This document shows, piece by piece, positions 1 through 5,408 of a stretch of 6,357 nucleotides of DNA. Source of the stretch: a virus; IMG/VR virus record IMGVR_UViG_3300032431_000286, positions 1 to 6,357 of that record. One strand, written 5' to 3'. Position 1 is the first letter of the stretch. The number at the start of each line of letters is the position of its first letter. The notes beneath the pieces were generated by a model. It was not told where the DNA came from. It searched no databases and worked only from the letters and a program-made list of their open reading frames with translations. The translations under genes and the position numbers were made by a program.

Positions 1-127
1 GGGCTTCGAGGTCGAAGGCGTTAGGCTTATCCGGGAGCCGGATGTAAGTCAGAGCCCGCCGGCGAGGGCCGACCAGGACATCTAGGTAAAGGTCCACATT
101 CGAGGCAACGCGCCGCTTTTCTCCAAG
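1..127. repeat. Terminal direct repeat, copy 1, identical to 6231-6357. This is a circular-contig overlap.
   Basis: Base-by-base comparison shows 1-127 equals 6231-6357. The repeat lies inside the zot coding frame, which reads continuously across the junction. Confidence 0.95.
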
Positions 128-202
128 CGCCAACTGCGCGCGCCAAACCGAAAATTTTGTCTTGCCGGTGCCCAACTTGCCAACTACAGCGTAGACCGCC
201 AT
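1..202 (-). CDS. zot: N-terminal segment of the Zot/pI-like assembly ATPase. The gene wraps around the circle and continues at 6230 down to 5551, giving 882 nt and 293 aa in total.
   Basis: The minus-strand ATG at 202-200 gives MAVYAVVGKLGTGKTKFSVWRAQLALGEKRRVASNV..., with Walker A GKLGTGKT at residues 8-15. This frame joins exactly to the 5551..6327 ORF through the terminal repeat. A GGGG run lies 6 nt upstream of the ATG. The track ORF 27..266 is in a different frame. Confidence 0.85.
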   Translation of the reverse strand, partial: MAVYAVVGKLGTGKTKFSVWRAQLALGEKRRVASNVDLYLDVLVGPRRRALTYIRLPDKPNAFDLEA

Positions 203-299
203 TCCAGCCCCCAGCAGAGAAAACGCCAGAGCCGATAACGCCCCATGCGGTGAAACCTGGGCACAACGATCCAAACGGGATACTTAAAGAATTTCATAG

Positions 300-620
300 T
301 CAGATATTCGCAGTGACTTTGATAACCTGGACTTGCAGCCTATACGTGATGCAGGCCGCCCACAGAACGAAGATCGCAGCAAGGCAGGTGCCAGCCACCG
401 GCGGGAACGCCAGGCCAAGCAATTGCCCCAAGTCCGTTGTAAACAACTGGGCGACCAGCGGGGCGACCGTGCTATTGAAAAGGAGCATAACCCCCGCACC
501 AAGCGCCGTGATCGCAAGAACTGCAGCAACCCGGAGGGCAATACGCGCCGCCCAAATCTTCGCAAGAAATAAGGTCGCGCCCGCGAATAGCTGAGCGACG
601 AGGGAAGCGAATAAGGGCAT
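300..620 (-). CDS. pVI-like minor coat/membrane protein (106 aa)
   Basis: The product is very hydrophobic with about three TM-like segments (MPLFASLVAQLFAGATLFLAKIW..., ...AVLAITALGAGVMLLF..., ...CLAAIFVLWAACITY). Its ATG lies 2 nt after the pIII-like stop, with GGGAG about 9 nt upstream. Its position between the pIII-like and pI-like genes matches Ff gVI and CTXphi ace. Confidence 0.6.
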   Translation of the reverse strand: MPLFASLVAQLFAGATLFLAKIWAARIALRVAAVLAITALGAGVMLLFNSTVAPLVAQLFTTDLGQLLGLAFPPVAGTCLAAIFVLWAACITYRLQVQVIKVTANI

Positions 621-622
621 TT

Positions 623-2089
623 TTAACTACTCCCGCCAAGTGTCCGCGTGACCATGCCGATGCATATAAACACCGTCATGAGAATCCATGCAAAAGACAT
701 TACGCCGTGAATGATCGGCTGGAATCTGCACAGGTCCAGAGTAACCATATTGCCCGCAAATAGTCCGACATCCATAACGGTGCAGACCGAGGGAAGGGCA
801 AACGACCAGGTGAACGCCAAATCAGCCGCCGGAGGGTTTTCGAGCACATCGAAAAGACCATCCGCCGCCGGGGTCGGGTCCGCCGGGTCCACTGCCACCT
901 CAACCGTGCCGCCCTCGTCTATCTTGCATCGAGGGGTGCCAGGCATGCCGCAGGTGTCCTTTTCCTCCGGAGCCGGGGCCGGGTCCACGCCTGGTGCACT
1001 CTGTACCCCGGTAGTCTCGACGGTGACGACCGGTGCAACGCCAGGCGCGGCCACCGTGGTGGTGGTGGTGGTCGAAATATTCCAGGTCACGTTATCGCCC
1101 TGGTAAGTGATATTCGCCGTCGGGGTAACAACCCGTGTTGTCACCGTCCCATCGGGCGCCGTGGCTGTCGTGGTCGTTTGCGGTAACGCAACCGTCGCCG
1201 GACCCGTGGTGGTCTGTGGAGCCAGGTTCGGGGCTATTACCACGCCCGCATCACCAGTATCTTTCGCATACTCTTCCAACTGAGAGCCGGTAAGGTAAGG
1301 CGCCAGCCTGGTCGCGACCTGGGCCGGGCTTGCAGGCTGCCAGAACAACGGCGCCGTGGTGCAAAGCGACGGATTGGACGCAAGCGACCCCGAGTTAGGC
1401 TTATGGCACCCGAGCACATTTTGCTGCACGTAGCTTTGGCCATCACTCACTCTGTGCGACTCTTCGCCAGACGGAAACCGCACCGAGAAATACCCGCCCG
1501 AAATTGAAAAAGGGATATTCGGGTGAACCGTCGAAGTAACCCCTGAGGTTACGTTCATACCGGGCGACTCCGCCTGCAACTGCTCCATAGCGCAAGGGCG
1601 CCAAAGGGCATAGACCGCCTGGAAATTCAGCCCGCTCTGAGGGCACATGTTGTAGCCACCATGCGACACGAACAGAAAGGCATTCGTGGGCGGTTCACCG
1701 AAGTCCATAAGGAAACCAAAACCGCCCGGGGCCATGCTGACCCGACCATTATTGAGGGACATTGCATCGTGCAGAGAGAGCCCCGCCACCCCCGCGCCAA
1801 GGCCAGCCGCCAGGAGCACACCGCGCGGCACTGAGCGCGACACAACGACCGGAACAGCTACCCCGGCCACCGCAGCAACACGAGGCAGGGACGCCCGCAC
1901 CGCAGTCGTGCCTATGGCTGCCACAGCCGCATTGGTGGCCCTGGCAAGCATCGCAGTCATGGCGGGCGCCAGGACGACCGCAGCCCCAGGCAACAACGCC
2001 GCCGCGCCACTGGCCAGCAGGAGAAAGAATAAGGCCGAGGAAATCCGAGGGATGTGCATAGGGAAGGGCAGCACGCCGCCCGACCCCAT
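623..2089 (-). CDS. pIII-like minor coat / host-adsorption protein (488 aa from the ATG at 2089)
   Basis: This is the largest structural ORF and lies directly after the coat gene. It has hydrophobic N-terminal segments, Thr-rich linkers (PQTTTGPATVALPQTTTTATAP, NISTTTTTTVAAPG), Cys pairs and a C-terminal membrane anchor (VMSFAWILMTVFICIGMV). Third-position GC is high throughout. The start is ambiguous: the maximal ORF begins at a TTG at 2128 (501 aa, overlapping the coat gene by 29 nt), and ATGs occur at 2089 and 2059. None has a strong SD. Confidence 0.7.
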   Translation of the reverse strand: MGSGGVLPFPMHIPRISSALFFLLLASGAAALLPGAAVVLAPAMTAMLARATNAAVAAIGTTAVRASLPRVAAVAGVAVPVVVSRSVPRGVLLAAGLGAGVAGLSLHDAMSLNNGRVSMAPGGFGFLMDFGEPPTNAFLFVSHGGYNMCPQSGLNFQAVYALWRPCAMEQLQAESPGMNVTSGVTSTVHPNIPFSISGGYFSVRFPSGEESHRVSDGQSYVQQNVLGCHKPNSGSLASNPSLCTTAPLFWQPASPAQVATRLAPYLTGSQLEEYAKDTGDAGVVIAPNLAPQTTTGPATVALPQTTTTATAPDGTVTTRVVTPTANITYQGDNVTWNISTTTTTTVAAPGVAPVVTVETTGVQSAPGVDPAPAPEEKDTCGMPGTPRCKIDEGGTVEVAVDPADPTPAADGLFDVLENPPAADLAFTWSFALPSVCTVMDVGLFAGNMVTLDLCRFQPIIHGVMSFAWILMTVFICIGMVTRTLGGSS

Positions 2090-2099
2090 GGACACCGGA

Positions 2100-2309
2100 T
2101 TAAACCGTGCCCTTGAGACGCTTGACAAACTTGATGGCGATCATCACCACGACCACCGCGCCCGCGATGACCACCAGAGCGCCGGCCATGGCCAGGCTGG
2201 ACGCCGTCGCCGCAGTGATGGCGGTGGTGAAGGCCGCCGGGGCCTCAGCTTGTGCAGAACCGGCCATCAGGCCGAGCAGCGCAACCGGGAAAATCTTCGA
2301 CTTCAACAT
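2100..2309 (-). CDS. Major coat protein (pVIII-like), 69-aa precursor
   Basis: MLKSKIFPVALLGLMAGSAQA is a typical signal peptide ending in AQA. The mature part of about 48 aa has an Ala-rich N-terminus, a hydrophobic core (LAMAGALVVIAGAVVVVMIAI) and a basic C-terminus (KFVKRLKG), which is the classic inovirus capsid architecture. A strong GGAGG SD lies 7 nt upstream of the ATG. Confidence 0.85.
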   Translation of the reverse strand: MLKSKIFPVALLGLMAGSAQAEAPAAFTTAITAATASSLAMAGALVVIAGAVVVVMIAIKFVKRLKGTV

Positions 2310-2378
2310 GGCAAAACCTCCAGAAAAACAACCACCGGAAAGCGCCGGAACGCATGCGGGAAAAGACCCGAATTCACA

Positions 2379-2489
2379 TCACACCACGCCGTAAATCCGA
2401 CGGATGAAAGAGCGAGCAAGACCGGCCGAATACCCGGTGATGAAAAACACGCCAGCAGCTCCAAACCAAAACAACGCACTCTCAACCAC
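2379..2489 (-). CDS. Small hydrophobic protein (36 aa, GTG start), a candidate pVII/pIX-like minor coat protein. It is not in the supplied ORF track.
   Basis: Hand translation gives (M)VESALFWFGAAGVFFITGYSAGLARSFIRRIYGVV followed by a stop. It has one TM-like segment and a basic tail. The GTG starts 2 nt after the preceding stop codon, with GGGAG 5 nt upstream. It fills the gap before the coat gene, where Ff phages encode gVII and gIX. Confidence 0.4.
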   Translation of the reverse strand: MVESALFWFGAAGVFFITGYSAGLARSFIRRIYGVV

Positions 2490-2491
2490 GG

Positions 2492-2707
2492 CTACTCCCG
2501 AGCGCCGACCGAATAGCCAAAGAAGGTAATGCAGCACATGACAGCCCACAGCACGCCCTCAAGCAGCGTCGAAAGCTTTTCGGACTGCGCCAGGAGCGCC
2601 GCCGCTGTTACTTCGGTCGCCGGTTGCACCCACTGGGCCGAGGCCCCGAAGGACGCCAAGGACACCACGAAGAAGGCCACGATCAGCCAGGCCAGGCGCG
2701 CGGTCAC
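2492..2707 (-). CDS. Small membrane protein (71 aa) with a signal-peptide-like N-terminus and a C-terminal hydrophobic segment. Candidate minor virion or assembly protein.
   Basis: The GTG start overlaps the upstream stop as GTGA (2707-2704). The product is MTARLAWLIVAFFVVSLASFGASA / QWVQ...GVLWAVMCCITFFGYSVGARE. Third-position GC is high and the gene lies in the structural block. Confidence 0.6.
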   Translation of the reverse strand: MTARLAWLIVAFFVVSLASFGASAQWVQPATEVTAAALLAQSEKLSTLLEGVLWAVMCCITFFGYSVGARE

Positions 2708-3000
2708 GGGCGCACCCCGAAGGCATCAGCCAGGCCGACGGCCCGGCCTTGCTCCAAAGGAGCCGACACCGCAAAGGTCTCAGGCACCGCCGCCACGACC
2801 TGGCCGCGATGATCGAGCACCACACCCACCCGACGGACCACAGAGGCACCCTGCACGCCGTTGTGCGCCGCCTGATACCGCTCCGCCGGGCCGATGCTTT
2901 CCTGACAGGTCAGGCCAGCAGCTGCAGCGTCGCAAGCATGAAAGGACGCCTGGACGCCGTGCACCAGGTAGAGAAACGCGCCGATCAACACAAAGCCCAT
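2704..3000 (-). CDS. Hypothetical secreted or membrane-anchored protein (98 aa)
   Basis: The ATG at 3000 has GGAG 7 nt upstream. The N-terminus is hydrophobic (MGFVLIGAFLYLVHGVQA) and is followed by a Cys-containing soluble part. The stop is coupled to the next gene through GTGA. I recognise no family. Confidence 0.55.
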   Translation of the reverse strand: MGFVLIGAFLYLVHGVQASFHACDAAAAGLTCQESIGPAERYQAAHNGVQGASVVRRVGVVLDHRGQVVAAVPETFAVSAPLEQGRAVGLADAFGVRP

Positions 3001-3032
3001 GGAGTACTCCGAGAGTTAGCGGGAAGGGATGG

Positions 3033-3329
3033 CTACTTGCCGCCGGCCACCGGCTTAGCCGAGAAGACCAATTGCTCCGCCTTGCCAAAGCGCATGACGG
3101 TGCGGATGTCCGCATCGCACTCGACCGGGAATTGGCACTTTTCCAGGCTGCGCGGGATAGACGAATCGACGCATTGGAGCTCCATGCCCATCACGCCGAG
3201 CGCCACGCCCTGGCCCATCGGGGGCGCAAGGGGAGCCGTTGTAAAGAGCTTGCCCATGTCGTAGGCCTTGCCCGACTTGGCACCGACGCCCGCTGAGCCT
3301 TCAACACCGAGAACCAGAATTTTGATCAT
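3033..3329 (-). CDS. ssDNA-binding protein, gV/pV-like (98 aa)
   Basis: The gene lies immediately downstream of rep with a 6-nt gap. The size is typical of inovirus gV proteins. The N-terminus MIKILVLGVEGSAGVGAKSGKAYDMGKL resembles the M13 pV pattern (MIKVEIK...SGVSRQGKPYSLNEQL). This is based on my own recall and position, not on a database search. Confidence 0.6.
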   Translation of the reverse strand: MIKILVLGVEGSAGVGAKSGKAYDMGKLFTTAPLAPPMGQGVALGVMGMELQCVDSSIPRSLEKCQFPVECDADIRTVMRFGKAEQLVFSAKPVAGGK

Positions 3330-3335
3330 GACGAA

Positions 3336-4400
3336 TCACCTTTGAATGTGTGCCAGCAGCTGGGCCCACGTCAGCTGGGAGGCGAGGACATCCGGCCGCA
3401 AACGGCGCGGCGTACCCACTACCCGAAATTCTTGGACGAGGTCCGCCGCCTGGGCCTGGAAACACTCGGTCAGGGTCGAAACGAGCTTGCCGTAAGACCG
3501 TCGGAGGTGAAACATCAAATGGCCTATGCCGACGCGCCCCGCTGTCTGCGAGGTAAGAATCTTTTCGCTAGCGTGCTCCAGCATCTCCGCCAGGGCCGGA
3601 TAGGCACCGCAGAAGAACAGGTCGCGCTCAGTCAACGCGCGGAACGGAATGACCCGGTCGCGGTTGCCAAATTGCACTTCAAACCGGACCCACTCGGAGC
3701 TCAGATCGCCGCCCTGTTTGCCCTTCTCGTACACCCTCAGCAGCTTCCCATTCGCGGCACTGCCGACGTAGAGGGTGCGCCCCTTTTCCCGGTCGATCCA
3801 ATCGCCCGCGCATGTCGTCGTGGGAGGGCGACCGCCCGAGGTGAAGCGCCCCGCCTTGTGCATCGCTACAGCGTCGTCTACGCCAATATGGCCATCGAGG
3901 AAGTCCACCGCCAAATCCAAGCGAGTGATACGCGCATCGAGCGCCGCCAGCAGCTTGCCCAGACGCGACCACGAGGACACCACGCTACAGCCGGAGCCGG
4001 TCAGCTGCAGCATCCACCGGCCGGCCTGGCTGGCCCCACCGTAGCAGAGGAAGCCAATCGGGAAGGTCCGCGACCCGACCGAAGCATGGAGCTTGATGCC
4101 CTTGTCAAAGCCGAACATCCCTCGCCCCTCCACGCCAGACAGAGGGCGACGAAAGACACGGGTGAGAAGGGCCAAAAACTGGGCCTGGGTGTAGCGATCA
4201 GGTCCGGGAAAAGTGGCATTTAGCCAATCCACTTTCGCGGCTTGCTCTCCTGTTCGGGAGGGCAAACTTTCCCCCCGTGTTACAGCACGGGGGAGAGCAG
4301 CTGCCGTCGGTGCTGCCGTCGCGCTGCGCGCGCCAGCAGCACCGCCAGCAGCTAAAGGACGGTTCAAGACTGCAGCGGAAAGGACCGTGGTTTGTGGCAT
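3336..4400 (-). CDS. Rolling-circle replication initiator of the Rep_trans family (RstA/gpII-like), 354 aa from the ATG at 4400
   Basis: Family-typical motifs are present: VDWLNATF, RLDLAVDF, TLYVGSAANGKLLRVYEKGKQ and WVRFEVQFGN. The first 45 codons are Ala-rich and low in complexity, have a lower third-position GC, and coincide with a long hairpin. The functional start may therefore be the TTG at 4265, which has a G-rich SD 5 nt upstream and lies 10 codons before VDWL. Confidence 0.9.
   Translation of the reverse strand: MPQTTVLSAAVLNRPLAAGGAAGARSATAAPTAAALPRAVTRGESLPSRTGEQAAKVDWLNATFPGPDRYTQAQFLALLTRVFRRPLSGVEGRGMFGFDKGIKLHASVGSRTFPIGFLCYGGASQAGRWMLQLTGSGCSVVSSWSRLGKLLAALDARITRLDLAVDFLDGHIGVDDAVAMHKAGRFTSGGRPPTTTCAGDWIDREKGRTLYVGSAANGKLLRVYEKGKQGGDLSSEWVRFEVQFGNRDRVIPFRALTERDLFFCGAYPALAEMLEHASEKILTSQTAGRVGIGHLMFHLRRSYGKLVSTLTECFQAQAADLVQEFRVVGTPRRLRPDVLASQLTWAQLLAHIQR
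4299..4353. repeat. A 55-nt imperfect inverted repeat (hairpin/cruciform) built from tandem 12-nt repeats. Candidate cis-acting element such as an origin or packaging signal.
   Basis: The sequence is GCTGCCGTCG-GT-GCTGCCGTCG / CGCTGCGCG / CGCCAGCAGC-AC-CGCCAGCAGC. Pairing position i with 8652-i gives 22 Watson-Crick pairs out of 26, a 3-nt loop at 4325-4327, and mismatches at 4305, 4307, 4317 and 4319. Confidence 0.6.
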
Positions 4401-4458
4401 TCTTGACCTTCGGGTGAGGGATGGCGGACGGCTGGATTCTGTACAAAAATTCTAGACC
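4401..4458. promoter_or_regulatory. Divergent control region between the rep and regulator start codons
   Basis: This is a 58-bp gap. On the minus strand TAGAAT (4454-4449) matches the -10 consensus at 5 of 6 positions. On the plus strand TTGACC (4403-4408) matches the -35 consensus at 5 of 6 positions, but there is no good -10 at 17 bp. The palindromes TGTACA (4440-4445) and TCTAGA (4451-4456) and an ATTCT direct repeat are present. There is no SD before the regulator ATG. Confidence 0.3.
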
Positions 4459-4755
4459 ATGCGTGACGTGAAAACCCTACTGGACTTGGCCAAAGTTCGT
4501 GTTAAGACAGACTTAGAACTCGCCAAAAGGCTGGACGTACCACGGAGCCGGGTAAGCGACTGGCGCCATGGCCGCACCGCCATGACCCCGGACAGCGCCG
4601 CCGCGATATGCGACATCCTCGAACTGCCCGCGGACCAGGCGCGGCAATGGGCCGCCGCGATGGTGGTGGCCAACGCGAAGCCGGCGAGCAAGCAAAAGAG
4701 AATGCAGCGCGCGCTATTCGAGCGCATCACAACACCCGCAGCGCCGGCCGAGTAA
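4459..4755 (+). CDS. Cro/CI (XRE)-type helix-turn-helix transcriptional regulator, a phage repressor-like protein of 98 aa
   Basis: TDLELAKRLDVPRSRVSDWRHGRTAM is a textbook HTH. The gene is divergent from rep, as rstR is in CTXphi. The repeated LAK motifs are reminiscent of the phage-related DUF3693 family, which I recall but have not verified. Confidence 0.8.
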   Translation: MRDVKTLLDLAKVRVKTDLELAKRLDVPRSRVSDWRHGRTAMTPDSAAAICDILELPADQARQWAAAMVVANAKPASKQKRMQRALFERITTPAAPAE

Positions 4756-4773
4756 GCCCCGGCTTGCATACCC

Positions 4774-4792
4774 TCCGGGCTGCACGCCCGGA
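4774..4792 (+). terminator. GC-rich hairpin 19 nt downstream of the regulator stop. It is a possible terminator but lacks a U-tract.
   Basis: TCCGGGC-tgcac-GCCCGGA forms a 7-bp stem with a 5-nt loop and has no T-run after it. It is part of a larger GC-rich structured region (4756-4860) that includes TTGCAT/ATGCAA long-range complementarity (4764-4769 with 4815-4820) and a CAGCATGC direct repeat (4811-4818 and 4830-4837). Confidence 0.2.
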
Positions 4793-4896
4793 CCCCTGCG
4801 GGGCAAGGGGCAGCATGCAACCGGACCGCCAGCATGCGCAGGCCGCGATTTAGGGCAACGCGCTTATCAGTGTGGCGGTTTGCCTAACGGGAGACT

Positions 4897-4924
4897 TGAC
4901 CAGGTCGATTGCGCGACCTGGTCA
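4897..4924. repeat. Perfect inverted repeat with an 11-bp stem and a 6-nt loop, located between convergent genes
   Basis: TGACCAGGTCG-attgcg-CGACCTGGTCA. It begins 8 nt downstream of the stop codon of the 48-aa minus-strand ORF (4932-4934). Neither side has a T-tract. Confidence 0.7.
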
Positions 4925-4931
4925 GGAGGTG

Positions 4932-5078
4932 TCAGCAGCCGGGCGCGATCAGCGCCGCCGCGACTTCCCGCATCAGACGTTCATTTGCCCGGATGTTGCT
5001 CGGCCAGGCGAGGTAAAGGCCCCGCAGCCTGGCCAACCACCGCGCCAGGCTCGACGGCCCCACGTCGACGTTGTTCAC
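4932..5078 (-). CDS. Small hypothetical protein (48 aa, GTG start), in frame with the upstream 108-aa ORF and 1 codon after its TGA stop
   Basis: Hand translation gives (M)NNVDVGPSSLARWLARLRGLYLAWPSNIRANERLMREVAAALIAPGC followed by a stop. GAGGG lies 7 nt upstream of the GTG. Third-position GC stays high. The ORF is below the length cut-off of the ORF track. Confidence 0.35.
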   Translation of the reverse strand: MNNVDVGPSSLARWLARLRGLYLAWPSNIRANERLMREVAAALIAPGC

Positions 5079-5081
5079 GGA

Positions 5082-5408
5082 TCAGCCCTCGACGTTTACG
5101 AGGACGTTGACGCGCGTCAAGGTCGGGTCTGCGCGGGTCTGAATCGACGCCGCCGCGTTGATCGCCGCCGCCACCGTGGCGAACTGACGGCCGGCCTCAG
5201 GCGCGCGGGTGCTGGCCAATGTCCAGAACTCAGGAGGCGGGCGCGGCCCCTGAGCTTCGAGCGAAGACAGCGGCCGAGGGCTGAAGATCGTAAGCAGCAC
5301 CTGGAAATCGTCGGTGCCGTACCAGTAGACCTTTATCTCGCCCACCCTGAACAACCCATCGCACCCCACGAGGAGCGCGGTCAACTGTCTGTCTGTGCCG
5401 TAGTTCAT
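5082..5408 (-). CDS. Hypothetical protein (108 aa) in the accessory slot downstream of zot
   Basis: The ATG at 5408 has AAAGGG 5 nt upstream. The product is MNYGTDRQLTALLVGCDGLFRVGEIKVYWYGTDDFQVLL.... Third-position GC is about 85% by hand inspection. The track's longer version (ATG at 5480, 132 aa) adds 24 codons with low third-position GC and no SD. There is no signal peptide or TM segment, and I recognise no family. Confidence 0.6.
   Translation of the reverse strand: MNYGTDRQLTALLVGCDGLFRVGEIKVYWYGTDDFQVLLTIFSPRPLSSLEAQGPRPPPEFWTLASTRAPEAGRQFATVAAAINAAASIQTRADPTLTRVNVLVNVEG

Noticed and set aside
1-127. Terminal direct repeats read as biological LTRs, att sites or a duplicated gene fragment
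   Set aside because: The repeat lies in the middle of the zot coding frame, which reads through the junction perfectly. The identity is exact and extends to the very window ends. Circular-contig overlap is the simplest explanation.
27-266. Minus-strand 79-aa ORF (TTG start) at the window start
   Set aside because: It is out of frame with the zot N-terminus and overlaps it. The zot frame carries a perfect Walker A and is continuous with the rest of zot across the circular junction. The 79-aa product becomes Arg/Cys/Pro-rich.
184-299. An unusually long 97-nt gap between the pVI-like stop and the zot ATG, containing a 37-aa ATG ORF (297-184) and a possible TTG-274 N-terminal extension of zot
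   Set aside because: The 37-aa product is Trp/Arg/Phe-rich and overlaps the zot start. The TTG extension has no SD and only about 50% third-position GC, and Zot-family proteins normally start a few residues before the P-loop. The gap is left as unexplained spacer, possibly holding an internal promoter or attenuator.
2303-2485. Track ORF of 60 aa between the 71-aa ORF and the coat gene
   Set aside because: Its composition is Cys/Arg/Phe-rich. It overlaps the coat gene start and its SD. An alternative frame gives a much more plausible 36-aa hydrophobic protein with an SD and tight coupling.
1686-2516. Long plus-strand ORF (276 aa), together with similar plus-strand ORFs 1762..2061, 2529..3296, 2749..3264, 3342..4223 and 4872..5456
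   Set aside because: All lie antisense to well-supported minus-strand genes. Their products are Arg/Pro/Gly/Ala-rich low-complexity sequence typical of wrong-frame translation in high-GC DNA. Their first codon positions coincide with the GC-rich third positions of the minus-strand genes. They have no SD and no recognisable motifs.
3336-3560. Internal in-frame start in rep producing a pX-like C-terminal protein, as in Ff gene II/X
   Set aside because: The candidate internal Met codons, such as MLEHASEK, lack a properly spaced SD (GGAG abuts the ATG). Nothing in the sequence alone supports a nested gene.
4452-4835. Minus-strand 127-aa ORF antisense to the HTH regulator
   Set aside because: The plus-strand frame encodes a textbook HTH protein. 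The antisense product is Ala/Arg/Ser-rich with no motif, and it would run through the structured intergenic region.
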